Assembly (NCBI GenBank): GCA_037443205.1
Contig: JBBIOU010000015.1
Location: forward strand, 9,800 to 73,799
DNA length: 64,000 nucleotides
Reading direction: 5' to 3'
From: Flavobacteriales bacterium
Lineage (GTDB): Bacteria; Bacteroidota; Bacteroidia; Flavobacteriales_D; UBA2798
In this document: positions 9,195-19,038 of the stretch, piece after piece
How the letters are laid out: each line of letters opens with the position of its first letter
How positions within the stretch are numbered: position 1 is the stretch's first letter
Notes under the pieces: generated by a model
What the model was told of the DNA's origin: nothing
What the model saw: the letters and a program-made list of their open reading frames with translations, nothing else
Database searches by the model: none
Program-made: the position numbers and the translations under genes

Positions 9195-10229
9195 TTAATA
9201 CTGTTTGAGTATTTGCAGTAACTTTAAATTCTCCTCCATGGTACCAATGGTTATTCTAAGACAATTTTCGCATAGAGGTGTTTTTGTTCTGTTTCTGACA
9301 ATTATACCATGGCGCATCAAATCGGCAAAAATTTTATGCGCATCTTTAAATTTAACGAGTAAAAAATTAGCATCACTGGGATAAACTTTTTCAACTATAG
9401 AATACGTCTTTAAAATATTTTCTACCACTTGTTTTTGAGCTAAAACAGCTTTCACCCAACTGTCTTTTTGTGCCACATTATTGATAGCCTCAATAGCAAT
9501 TTTTTGTGTAAGTTGATTTATATTATAAGGTGGTTTTATTTGATGCAAAATTTTGATAATTTCTTCAGATGCAGACAACATACCCAGCCTGATTGCAGCC
9601 AAACCCCATGCCTTAGAAAATGTTTGCAATACAATAAGATTAGGACACGAATTTAACTGCAATAGATAACTGCTATGCGAGGAAAAGTCTGCATAAGCTT
9701 CATCTATAACTACTATACCTTCGAAATTTTGAAGTATAAAATTAATTTTAATACTGCTGTAAGCATTGCCGGTAGGGTTATTGGGCGAACATAAAAAAAT
9801 TAATTTAGTGTTGTTATCTATGGCTTTAAAAATAGCTTCCGTATCGGGTTGAAAATCGTCTTTCAATAAAACAGATTTAACTGCCACATCATTAATTTGA
9901 GCTGATACTTTATACATGCCATAGGTTGGCTCAACGATGAGCACATTATCTTTACCGGGATTGCAAAATGTGCGATAAATGAGATCTATTGCCTCATCAC
10001 TGCCATTTGTAAGCAAAATATTTTCTGGCTGAATGCCTTTAATTGCCGAAACTTTAATTTTTAATTCCTTATGATGAGGGTCGGGATAACGGTTTAATCC
10101 GGTATTAAATGGGCTCTCGTTAGCATCTAAATAAATATCTGCCTTGCCTTGATACTCATCGCGTGCCGTAGAGTAAGGAACGATTGCTTTAATATTTTTT
10201 CGCAGTACTTTTTCTAAATTAAAACCCAT
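9195..10229 (-). CDS. hisC: Histidinol-phosphate aminotransferase
   Basis: Motifs YLDANESPF, NRYPDP and PLP-lysine TFSKAWGLAAIRLG. Follows hisD in the operon. Confidence 0.9.
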   Translation of the reverse strand: MGFNLEKVLRKNIKAIVPYSTARDEYQGKADIYLDANESPFNTGLNRYPDPHHKELKIKVSAIKGIQPENILLTNGSDEAIDLIYRTFCNPGKDNVLIVEPTYGMYKVSAQINDVAVKSVLLKDDFQPDTEAIFKAIDNNTKLIFLCSPNNPTGNAYSSIKINFILQNFEGIVVIDEAYADFSSHSSYLLQLNSCPNLIVLQTFSKAWGLAAIRLGMLSASEEIIKILHQIKPPYNINQLTQKIAIEAINNVAQKDSWVKAVLAQKQVVENILKTYSIVEKVYPSDANFLLVKFKDAHKIFADLMRHGIIVRNRTKTPLCENCLRITIGTMEENLKLLQILKQY

Positions 10230-10288
10230 GCATTACACAAATAAAAAGCCTAAGATAAAGAAATATGCCGGTTAATTCGCATGAGCGG

Positions 10289-11584
10289 TTAATTTCGGTT
10301 TATCTTATTTAAACGGATACTGACAGCGTTTTTATGTGCTGTAAGATTTTCGGCTGCTGCCATAGTTTCGATAGTTTGCCCGAGCGATTGCAAACCTTTT
10401 GGACTAATACGTTGATAAGTTATTTTTTTTACAAAACTATCTAATGATACTCCGCTATATGCTTTAGCAAAACCATTGGTAGGTAAAGTATGATTCGTTC
10501 CTGATGCGTAGTCACCGGCACTTTCGGGAGTGTAAATCCCTAAAAACACACTGCCTGCATTAACTATTTCTTCGAGATAATCACCTTCGTCATTTACCAT
10601 AATTATTAAATGTTCGGGAGCGTATTCATTAACAAAAGCTATAGCTTGTTCTTTATTTTGAAACACTACTGCAAAACTATTTTTCAGTGATTTTTCTATG
10701 ATTTCTCTACGTTCTAAGATTTGGAGTTGCTGTTTTATAGCTGCATTAACCTGATTGACCATTTTTTCATTAAATGTAACCAATACACACTGGCTGTCGG
10801 TTCCGTGTTCGGCTTGGGCAAGCAAATCGGCAGCAATAAATTCAGCATCAGCGCTGTCATCTGCCAGAACCAATACTTCTGAAGGACCTGCCGGTAAATC
10901 AATAGCTACACCTTTACGTTGAGCATATTGTTTTGCTGCGGTTACATATTGATTACCCGGACCAAAAATTTTACTTACTGCCGGAATACTTTCGGTACCG
11001 TAGGTTAAAGCTGCTATGGCCTGTATTCCACCTGCTTTTACTATTTTTTTTATTCCGCAAAGTTCGGCTGAATACAGAATGGCCGGATGAATATTTTTTT
11101 CTTTATCAGCCGGAGTAGTTAAAATCACCTCTTTACAACCTGCTATTTTTGCCGGTATCCCGAGCATTAATACAGTTGAAAATAATGGCGCTGTTCCTCC
11201 CGGAATGTATAATCCTACCTTTTCTATTGCTTTGCTTTCGCGCCAACAGCTTACACCGGGGATAACTTCTACCTGTTTTAATCTTTCTTTTTGTGATGCA
11301 TGAAACTTTTCAATGTTATTATAAGCAACATCTATGGCATTTTTAAGTTGTCTGTTAAGTTTAGACGAAGCATTTTTTACTTCTTCTGCCGATACGAATA
11401 ACTCTTCTATTTCTATACCTTCATAGCGCTTTATGTTTTTTTTAACCGCACGGTCGCCCATAGATTTTACTTCATTAAATATAATCGAAACCGTATCTTC
11501 TAATTGTGTATTTTCTGTTTCCGGACGCGCACATAACTCTTTCCATTTGCTTTCTGCCGGGTTAACAATCATTCTAATCATCAC
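10289..11584 (-). CDS. hisD: Histidinol dehydrogenase
   Basis: Motifs GPGNQYVTAAK, AGPSEVLV, AQAEHG and SGTNHTLPT. Lies between hisG and hisC. Confidence 0.9.
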   Translation of the reverse strand: MMIRMIVNPAESKWKELCARPETENTQLEDTVSIIFNEVKSMGDRAVKKNIKRYEGIEIEELFVSAEEVKNASSKLNRQLKNAIDVAYNNIEKFHASQKERLKQVEVIPGVSCWRESKAIEKVGLYIPGGTAPLFSTVLMLGIPAKIAGCKEVILTTPADKEKNIHPAILYSAELCGIKKIVKAGGIQAIAALTYGTESIPAVSKIFGPGNQYVTAAKQYAQRKGVAIDLPAGPSEVLVLADDSADAEFIAADLLAQAEHGTDSQCVLVTFNEKMVNQVNAAIKQQLQILERREIIEKSLKNSFAVVFQNKEQAIAFVNEYAPEHLIIMVNDEGDYLEEIVNAGSVFLGIYTPESAGDYASGTNHTLPTNGFAKAYSGVSLDSFVKKITYQRISPKGLQSLGQTIETMAAAENLTAHKNAVSIRLNKINRN

Positions 11585-11684
11585 TGTAAAATTTTAAATT
11601 TCTTACTCATTTCGGATTGCAAAGCTACATCTTAGAAAATAATCTTCAAATATTAAATGATAGGTATAAACAAAAAACTTGACA

Positions 11685-12536
11685 TCATAAAACCATTTTT
11701 TCGATAGGAACAATTAATATTCCCTGTGCGCCTGCCTCTTTTAATTTATCAATTATTTCCCAAAATTGATCTTCCTGAATAACCGAATGTACAGAGCTCC
11801 ATCCTTCAATAGCCAAGGGCAAAACCGTAGGGCTTTTCATTCCGGGTAAGATGGCAAAAATATCCTGCAATTTATGGTTAGGAGCATTCAACAGTACGTA
11901 TTTATTACTTTCTGCGTTTATTACTGCTTTTATACGAAAAAGCAGTTTTTCTATCAGGATACTTTTTTCGGGGTTTATTTGTTTACTGCCTATCAGTGCC
12001 GCCTGCGATTGGAATACCTTTTCTACTTCTATTAATCCGTTGCTGAATAAGGTGCTGCCTGAACTTACAATATCACAAATACCTTCGGCTAAACCTATAC
12101 CCGGTGCAATTTCTACCGATCCGCTGATTTCGTGTATCTGCGCCTTGATGCCATTTTTTTTCAAAAAATCACTTAATATCACCGGATATGAGGTAGCTAT
12201 TCGCTTACCCTGAAAATAACTAAGCCCTGTATAATTTTCGTTTTTAGCGATAGCAAGCGACAAACGGCATTTGCCAAAACCTAATGGCAGCAGCTGCGTA
12301 ACATTTTTTTGTTTTTCGGCAATTACATTTTGCCCAACAATGCCAATATCGGCCACGCCATCTTGTACATATTCAGGTATATCGTCATCACGTAAAAAAA
12401 GTACTTCCATATCAAAATTTTGGGCTGCGCTTTTAAGTACATTGTTTCCGTTGTTAACTTTTATACCACATTGCTCCAGGAGTTCGAGCGACTTTTCGCT
12501 GAGTCTGCCGGATTTTTGGATAGCTAATCGTATCAT
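11685..12536 (-). CDS. hisG: ATP phosphoribosyltransferase (long form)
   Basis: MIRLAIQKSGRLSEKSLELL..., DDIPEYVQDGVADIGIVG and SGSTL motifs. At 283 aa it includes the C-terminal regulatory domain. Confidence 0.9.
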   Translation of the reverse strand: MIRLAIQKSGRLSEKSLELLEQCGIKVNNGNNVLKSAAQNFDMEVLFLRDDDIPEYVQDGVADIGIVGQNVIAEKQKNVTQLLPLGFGKCRLSLAIAKNENYTGLSYFQGKRIATSYPVILSDFLKKNGIKAQIHEISGSVEIAPGIGLAEGICDIVSSGSTLFSNGLIEVEKVFQSQAALIGSKQINPEKSILIEKLLFRIKAVINAESNKYVLLNAPNHKLQDIFAILPGMKSPTVLPLAIEGWSSVHSVIQEDQFWEIIDKLKEAGAQGILIVPIEKMVL

Positions 12537-12563
12537 AATTACATTTTATTATCAGGTTGTTAA

Positions 12564-12594
12564 ACAAAAAACCCCCTGCTGTTTGAGCAGAGGG
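12564..12594 (-). terminator. Intrinsic terminator of the his attenuator
   Basis: On the minus strand, CCCUCUGCU-caaac-AGCAGGGGG forms 9 bp including one G-U, followed by UUUUUUG. It lies 28 nt upstream of the hisG ATG. Confidence 0.6.
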
Positions 12595-12634
12595 TTAAAA
12601 AATATCATTTGATTAAAACAAAAACCGCCACTGC

Positions 12635-12679
12635 TCACAAGGTGAGTTTAAAATAATGGTGATGTTTTTGCATAATCAT
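12635..12679 (-). CDS. his operon leader peptide (MIMQKHHHYFKLTL)
   Basis: A 14-codon ORF with three consecutive His codons (CAT CAC CAT). It sits between a TAnnTTTG box and the terminator hairpin upstream of hisG. Confidence 0.55.
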   Translation of the reverse strand: MIMQKHHHYFKLTL

Positions 12680-12683
12680 AGTG

Positions 12684-12691
12684 CAAAAATA
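12684..12691 (-). promoter_or_regulatory. -7 box (TAnnTTTG) for his leader/hisGDC
   Basis: The minus strand reads tatttttg, 5 nt upstream of the first leader ATG. This implies a leaderless or very short-leader transcript. Confidence 0.4.
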
Positions 12692-12763
12692 ATAAAAAAT
12701 TATTTGCTGGTTAAGGTTTTGATACACTATTTATCTCTATTCATCGTTTGTTTATAGTTTTAT

Positions 12764-12771
12764 TACATTTG
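12764..12771 (+). promoter_or_regulatory. -7 box (TAnnTTTG) upstream of TonB-dependent receptor
   Basis: tacatttg followed by aaccc. Only 6 nt lie before the GTG start called by the ORF track. Confidence 0.4.
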
Positions 12772-12776
12772 AACCC

Positions 12777-15341
12777 GTGTTTAACATTTTCCGGATATTT
12801 TTTTTACCAGTATTAATTTTACTCTTGCAGGCTTATGTATTATTTTCTCAAAATACTGCTACCCTTAAAGGCATTGTATTTAGCGAACTTAAAGAGCCGG
12901 TAAAACAAGCAGCCATAGGAATAGAAAAAAATAAAGCCATAACATTTACAGATAGCAGCGGGTATTTTACAATAAAAGTACCGGCTAATAAAAAAATAAC
13001 ACTTTATATTTCTCACCCTTCGTACGAAAACAAGCAATTAAATTATTTGCTCAAAGAAAATGATGTGTTAGAAACAAAAATTGAATTGAGCATAAAAACA
13101 CTACAAGATATTGATGTGTATGGGAAAAAGAAAGATGTTTTTAGCGGGGAAGATTATTTTAAAATTGATCCCCGTACGGCACCGATGCTTATACCCGGAG
13201 TAGAATCAATTATTAAAACAGCCGGGTTAGGCGTACGCTCTAATAACGAAATGAGTTCACAATACTCGGTTAGAGGAGGTAATTTTGACGAAAACCTGGT
13301 TTATGTAAACGGGATAGAGATATACAGACCATTTTTGGTTAGGGCCGGCCAACAAGAAGGTTTAAGTTTTATTAACCCTGATATGGTTGAACAAGTTTTC
13401 TTTTCGGCAGGTGGCTTTGAAGCACGTTATGGCGATAAATTATCATCGGTTTTAGATATTCAGTATAAACGGCCTACCGAAAAAATATCCGGTTCAGCAT
13501 CCCTTGGTTTAATGGATGGTTCTTTGCATCTGGCCGGAAAAACAAAAAACAACAGGTTTACACACCTTACAGGTATACGTTACAGAAACAATTCATATAT
13601 TTTAAATTCATTGCCTACAAAAGGTGACTACCGACCTATATTTGCCGATGCCCAAACTTTGCTTACCTACTCTCTCAGCGATAGTTGGGATGTCAGCTTA
13701 TTGGCTCATTACTCGGATAACATCTTTCGCTTTGTGCCCCAAACACGCGAAAGCGAATTTGGCACAATTAATCAGGCTCTAAAACTTATAGTTTATTACG
13801 AGGGTCAGGAAATTACCCGATACAAAAATTATACAACAGCCATCAGTACCAATATCAAAAAGAAAAAATACACTCTTAATTTCAATACTTCTTTTTTTAG
13901 AAGCATAGAGCAAGAATATTTTGATATTTTAGGCCAATACCGTTTAGCCGAGTTAAACCGCGATTTAGGTTCGGATGAGTTTGGAGAAATATTATTTATC
14001 AGAGGCATCGGCACTTATCTGAACCATGCCCGAAACAAATTGGACGCTTTGATATACAACGCCTCACATAACGGCACCTATTTACTTAAAAAAGGGAGTT
14101 TACTTTGGGGAGTAAAATATCAGGCAGAAATTATTAACGACCGGCTAAGCGAATGGAATTTTATAGACTCTGCCGGTTTTTCAATTCCTCAGCAACCCGC
14201 TGATCAAATTATCTTACAAGACGTAATAAAATCTAACGTTAAACTGCAATCATACAGAATAAGCGAATACCTGCAATATAAACGCACAAAATTTATACAA
14301 CAAGTTAAATCTTACAACGACTCAATATTCAATTCACAAGGCTCGATAGATTTTCATGTAGGTGTAAGAGGTCATTACTGGAGTTTAAACAATCAATTTG
14401 TTATTGCGCCAAGGGCGGGTATTGTATTTATTCCAAATTGGTATAAACGAAGTATAGATACCATTAAAAGAATTAATACTGTATTGCGATTAACGGGCGG
14501 TTATTACTACCAACCCCCGTTTTACAGAGAATTAAGAGATTTTTCGGGTAACCTAAATAAAAATTTATTGGCACAACGCTCTATACACTTTATTGCCGGT
14601 GGAGATATTTATTTTAATTTATGGGAACGCACTTTTAAATTTACCTCAGAGATATACTACAAACACTTAAATTTTGTTGTACCCTACGAAGTAGACAATG
14701 TACGTTTACGTTATTTTGCCAACAATGATGCAAGGGGATACGCAGCCGGCTGGGATTTTAAAATAAACGGAGAATTTATTAAAGGAATAGAGTCGTGGGC
14801 TACTCTATCCTTTTTACAAACACGTGAAGACATAAAAAACGATTCTTATACACATTATTATAATTCGGACGGAGAAAGAATTATTCCCGGATATACCTTT
14901 AATAATGTCGCGGTAGATTCTGCAACATTTTATCCGGGCTATATTCCCCGACCAACCGACCAATTGTTTTCTTTTAATTTATTTTTTCAGGATGAAATGC
15001 CCGGATTAGAACAATTTAAAGTACATCTAAATATGCAATTTGCCAGCGGACTACCCTTTGGACCACCCGACCATCTGCGTTATAAAGACACCTTGCGCAC
15101 AACCTGGTACCGAAGAGTTGATATTGGTTTCAGTTATCAATTTTTTAGTAAACGCGATAAAACAAAAATGCACGAATATAAAATTAAAGATCTGTGGCTT
15201 AGTTTGGAAGTGTTTAATTTATTGGGTATATTTAATACCATATCATACAACTGGATAGAAGATGCTGCCGGGTTAAGTTATGCCGTTCCTAATTATCTTA
15301 CCGCCAGAAGAATTAACTTAAAAATGATAGTAAAATTTTAA
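12777..15341 (+). CDS. TonB-dependent receptor with N-terminal carboxypeptidase-regulatory-like domain
   Basis: Signal peptide, then a CarbopepD_reg-like segment (LKGIVFSE...PVKQAAIGIEKNKAITFTDSSGYFTIKVP), a plug region (QYSVRGGNFDENLVYVNGIEIYRP) and a long beta-barrel ending in an aromatic residue (...KMIVKF). Confidence 0.8.
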   Translation: MFNIFRIFFLPVLILLLQAYVLFSQNTATLKGIVFSELKEPVKQAAIGIEKNKAITFTDSSGYFTIKVPANKKITLYISHPSYENKQLNYLLKENDVLETKIELSIKTLQDIDVYGKKKDVFSGEDYFKIDPRTAPMLIPGVESIIKTAGLGVRSNNEMSSQYSVRGGNFDENLVYVNGIEIYRPFLVRAGQQEGLSFINPDMVEQVFFSAGGFEARYGDKLSSVLDIQYKRPTEKISGSASLGLMDGSLHLAGKTKNNRFTHLTGIRYRNNSYILNSLPTKGDYRPIFADAQTLLTYSLSDSWDVSLLAHYSDNIFRFVPQTRESEFGTINQALKLIVYYEGQEITRYKNYTTAISTNIKKKKYTLNFNTSFFRSIEQEYFDILGQYRLAELNRDLGSDEFGEILFIRGIGTYLNHARNKLDALIYNASHNGTYLLKKGSLLWGVKYQAEIINDRLSEWNFIDSAGFSIPQQPADQIILQDVIKSNVKLQSYRISEYLQYKRTKFIQQVKSYNDSIFNSQGSIDFHVGVRGHYWSLNNQFVIAPRAGIVFIPNWYKRSIDTIKRINTVLRLTGGYYYQPPFYRELRDFSGNLNKNLLAQRSIHFIAGGDIYFNLWERTFKFTSEIYYKHLNFVVPYEVDNVRLRYFANNDARGYAAGWDFKINGEFIKGIESWATLSFLQTREDIKNDSYTHYYNSDGERIIPGYTFNNVAVDSATFYPGYIPRPTDQLFSFNLFFQDEMPGLEQFKVHLNMQFASGLPFGPPDHLRYKDTLRTTWYRRVDIGFSYQFFSKRDKTKMHEYKIKDLWLSLEVFNLLGIFNTISYNWIEDAAGLSYAVPNYLTARRINLKMIVKF

Positions 15342-15398
15342 CCCACCTAATTATCTGTTAATATTCTTACGCATAAAACTTTAACCTGCTAATTTTCC

Positions 15399-15406
15399 TA
15401 TATTTG
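15399..15406 (+). promoter_or_regulatory. -7 box (TAnnTTTG) upstream of YfhO-like gene
   Basis: tatatttg followed by aaccc, 26 nt upstream of ATG 15432. Confidence 0.45.
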
Positions 15407-15431
15407 AACCCCTCTATCTAAAATAATTCTA

Positions 15432-18119
15432 ATGAAAAACATTAATTGGAAAAAATTTATTCCGCACCTTACTGCAATAGCAATTTTTTGGCTGCTTACT
15501 GCCGTCTATTTTTCACCCTTGTTCGAGGGCTACGAACTACGCCAGGGCGATGTAGTAAACTACAAAGGAATGGCCAAAGAAATTATAGAATACCGCAAAC
15601 AATTTGCTAAAGACCCATTATGGACAAATGCTATGTTTGGAGGTATGCCTGCTTATCAAATAGATATTAATAATGATATACCCATACGTTATATTGATAA
15701 AATATTAATGTTGGGCTTTTCGGGTGTGATTGGGTACTTTTTCTTGTTGTTTGTGGGATTTTATATACTCATGCTCAGTTTAAAAATAAGTCCCTGGCTG
15801 GGTATTGCCGGAGCGGTTGCTTTTGCATTTTCAACTTATTTTATAACTATTGTAGAAGCAGGACATAACACAAAAGTTCATGCCATAGCCTATATGCCCG
15901 CTGTACTGGGAGGATTATTGCTTACCTTAAGAGGAAATAAATGGTGTGGTGCAGCAATTTTTTCTCTGTCATTTGCTTTGCAGATAATGAGCAACCACCC
16001 GCAAATAACTTACTACATGTTTATGCTTTTTATCTTTATAGTAATTGGCGAAATTATTTTTGCTTTTATACCTAATCAAAGTTTGATTGGTCAAACAACA
16101 GAAAAAAATAAATTAAAATCATTGCTTTCGCGCTTTGCTCTGCTGGGAGTGGGCACCGCACTGGCAATAATGGCAAATTCGGTAAGTTTATGGAGCACTT
16201 ATGAATATGGCAAAGACACTACGCGCGGCTCATCCGAACTAACTATAAACCCCGATGGCAGCACCAAACAAGCTGAAAAAGGCTTGGATGCAGATTATAT
16301 TACCAATTGGAGCTATGGTAAAGATGAAACATTTACGTTTTTGATACCCGGTGCTAAAGGCGGTGCCAGCGGATATTTAAAACAAACGTATCCTGATATT
16401 CTCTCTCAGGTAGAAAATCCTACCTTCAGGCAAGTTTTGTCGGCCAATGATTTTAATTCATATTGGGGAGATCAGCCTTTTACTTCCGGTCCTTTTTATA
16501 TGGGTTCCATCATAGTATTTTTATTTATAATGAGTTTCATTTTTGTAAAAGATAAAATCAAATGGCCTATACTTTTAGCAACCATAGTGATGATATTGTT
16601 AAGCTGGGGTAAAAACTATATGGGATTTACGCAGTTTTTTCTGGATAATTTTCCGGCATACAATAAGTTTCGTGCAGTAACCATGATACTGGTTATTGTT
16701 TCGTTGCTGATGCCTTTTATGGCCGTGTTATTTTTACAACAACTCGAAGCAGAAAAGGAAAATAAACAATTCGCTAAAAAATTCATAACATCCTCTTTGG
16801 TATTTGCCGGCATCATGTTGTTGATAATCACAACCCCCAGGTCGTTTATCGGTTTTATAAGCCAGCAAGAAGCAGAAATGCTTAGCCCAAAAACAAACAA
16901 TCCGGAACAAATAGCTTTTTACGAAGAAATAAAAAACGGATTACAAGATTTGCGTGTCTATATTTTCAGACAAGATGCATGGCGAAGCCTGGCCTTTATA
17001 TTATCTGCTGCAGGATTAATTTATATTTATCTGCGCGGAAATATTAAAAATAAAATTGTATTATACAGCTCACTTGCAGTTTTAATAACAATTGATTTAT
17101 GGGTAGTTGATAAGCGTTTTTTGAATAACGAAGAAAATAATAACGGATATATATCCTGGCAAAAAAAAGGAACTGCTGCGTACAATGCAACCAAAGCTGA
17201 CTATGAAATTCTGACTATGGAAGCAAGCGCAAATCCCGAACTGGCAAAACAAATTCAAGAAAACACACAATTAAATACTAATCCGGGTGAAAAACCAAGT
17301 CAGGAACAAATTGATGATGCGGTATTTTACACCCTTAATTTTAATACCAATTATCGCGTTTTAGAATTAGGCAACCCTTTTAACAGTTCTAAAGTATCTT
17401 ATTTTCATAAATCAATTGGTGGATATCACGGAGCAAAACTTAAACGTTATCAGGAACTGATAGAATTTTATATCAACAAAGAACACCAGTTTATTATTGA
17501 ACAGTTACAAAACGGACTTACACCCGAAAAATTAGATTCTGTGTTAACAAACATACCAATATTAAATATGCTTAACACAAAATATATTATCTATAACCCT
17601 AATGCAACTCCTTTACAAAACAAAAATATATATGGAAACGCCTGGTTTGTAAACAATATCAAATGGGTAAACAATGCAAATGAAGAAATTACAGAATTGG
17701 GTAAAAATAATTTAAGAGAAACAGCCATTGCAAATAATCAATTTAAAAAAATCATCAATAAAGACGAATATACTGTTGATAGCACCGCAACTATTTCACT
17801 CTTATCATACCTTCCAAACCATTTGATATACGAAAGCAACAACTCACAAGACGGATTTGCCGTGTTTTCTGAAATATATTACAACAAAGGCTGGAAAGCC
17901 TACATAGACAACATAGCTGCCGAACACATTAATGTAAATTATGTATTAAGAGGCATGGCAATACCTTCGGGTAAACATGTCATCGAATTTAAATTTGAAC
18001 CCGATAGTTATACAAAAGCTAAAAATATTACATGGGCTTCTAATTTTATTTTACTGATTTTGGTAATATCATTAAGCTGGCTGGGCATAAAAAGCAAAAA
18101 AAACATCAAGCATGAATAA
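15432..18119 (+). CDS. YfhO-family polytopic membrane protein (putative glycan/lipid-linked sugar transferase)
   Basis: 895 aa with more than 10 predicted TM helices in the N-terminal two-thirds and a large C-terminal soluble domain. The N-terminus resembles Bacteroidota YfhO-family proteins as I recall them. Overlaps the downstream GT2 gene by 8 nt. Confidence 0.5.
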   Translation: MKNINWKKFIPHLTAIAIFWLLTAVYFSPLFEGYELRQGDVVNYKGMAKEIIEYRKQFAKDPLWTNAMFGGMPAYQIDINNDIPIRYIDKILMLGFSGVIGYFFLLFVGFYILMLSLKISPWLGIAGAVAFAFSTYFITIVEAGHNTKVHAIAYMPAVLGGLLLTLRGNKWCGAAIFSLSFALQIMSNHPQITYYMFMLFIFIVIGEIIFAFIPNQSLIGQTTEKNKLKSLLSRFALLGVGTALAIMANSVSLWSTYEYGKDTTRGSSELTINPDGSTKQAEKGLDADYITNWSYGKDETFTFLIPGAKGGASGYLKQTYPDILSQVENPTFRQVLSANDFNSYWGDQPFTSGPFYMGSIIVFLFIMSFIFVKDKIKWPILLATIVMILLSWGKNYMGFTQFFLDNFPAYNKFRAVTMILVIVSLLMPFMAVLFLQQLEAEKENKQFAKKFITSSLVFAGIMLLIITTPRSFIGFISQQEAEMLSPKTNNPEQIAFYEEIKNGLQDLRVYIFRQDAWRSLAFILSAAGLIYIYLRGNIKNKIVLYSSLAVLITIDLWVVDKRFLNNEENNNGYISWQKKGTAAYNATKADYEILTMEASANPELAKQIQENTQLNTNPGEKPSQEQIDDAVFYTLNFNTNYRVLELGNPFNSSKVSYFHKSIGGYHGAKLKRYQELIEFYINKEHQFIIEQLQNGLTPEKLDSVLTNIPILNMLNTKYIIYNPNATPLQNKNIYGNAWFVNNIKWVNNANEEITELGKNNLRETAIANNQFKKIINKDEYTVDSTATISLLSYLPNHLIYESNNSQDGFAVFSEIYYNKGWKAYIDNIAAEHINVNYVLRGMAIPSGKHVIEFKFEPDSYTKAKNITWASNFILLILVISLSWLGIKSKKNIKHE

Positions 18120-19029
18120 CGATTGTTATTTGTCGGTAGTGGTATGCACTTATAATCGTGAAAGATTTATTTTAGACGCTCTGCAAAGTCTGGTAGAACA
18201 GCATTTACACCCTGATAATTTTGAGATAATTATAGTTGACAATAATTGTACCGATAATACCCGAAAAATTTGTGAAGAATTTATTTCAAAGAATCGTTTA
18301 CACAGCTTTAAATATATTACAGAAAGCAACCAAGGACTTTCATTTGCCCGCAACCGAGGTTATAAAGAAGCAAAAGGTGATGTAGTATTGTATTTAGACG
18401 ATGATGCCGTTGCAGAAAAGAATTACCTGCAAACCGCCAAAAATTTTTTAGACAATAATCCCGATGTAAGCGCCATTGGCGGAAAAATATTTCCGCGTTA
18501 TGTAGATGGCGAACCTAAATGGATGACTAAATACAATGGCGGACTGGTAGGATATATTGACCATGGTAATAAACAAAAAGAATATGATTTAGATAATTAT
18601 CCGCCCGGCTCTAACATGATAATCAGAAAAAAAATGCTCGAAGAACTTGGCGGATTTAATACCGAAATCGGCAGAATAGGTGATAAAAAATTAGGCGGAG
18701 AAGAACGTGATTTTTTTTTACGATTAAGAAGAACCTATAATAAAAAAGTTATCTATTTACCCGATTTGATAGTACACCATGTTGTAGAAAAAGAAAGATT
18801 AACTCCGGCATTTATTAAAAAAATAAGTCATGGCATAGGTGCCAGCGAACGCATTCGTTTTAAAAATGAAAAACTTATGTTATTTGCCAAATTAATAGAA
18901 TACACTGCTAAATTATTCGCTTCGTTTGTTTTATTTTTTGTTTTTTTGTTGCAATTAAAACCCGCTAAAGGATGGTGGCTCATAAAAGTACGTTGTTGGG
19001 TAATACAAGGATTTTTATTTGGAATATAA
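18112..19029 (+). CDS. Family 2 glycosyltransferase
   Basis: LSVVVCTYNRERFILDALQSL...IIVDNNCTDNT and YLDDD (DxD) motifs. Confidence 0.85.
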   Translation: MNNDCYLSVVVCTYNRERFILDALQSLVEQHLHPDNFEIIIVDNNCTDNTRKICEEFISKNRLHSFKYITESNQGLSFARNRGYKEAKGDVVLYLDDDAVAEKNYLQTAKNFLDNNPDVSAIGGKIFPRYVDGEPKWMTKYNGGLVGYIDHGNKQKEYDLDNYPPGSNMIIRKKMLEELGGFNTEIGRIGDKKLGGEERDFFLRLRRTYNKKVIYLPDLIVHHVVEKERLTPAFIKKISHGIGASERIRFKNEKLMLFAKLIEYTAKLFASFVLFFVFLLQLKPAKGWWLIKVRCWVIQGFLFGI

Positions 19030-19038
19030 GTTGCATAT

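Noticed and set aside
11851-12612. Plus-strand ORFs 11851-12213 and 12271-12612
   Set aside because: They are antisense to hisG and its leader region. hisG is strongly supported, and the antisense products are Ser/Phe/Cys-rich nonsense.
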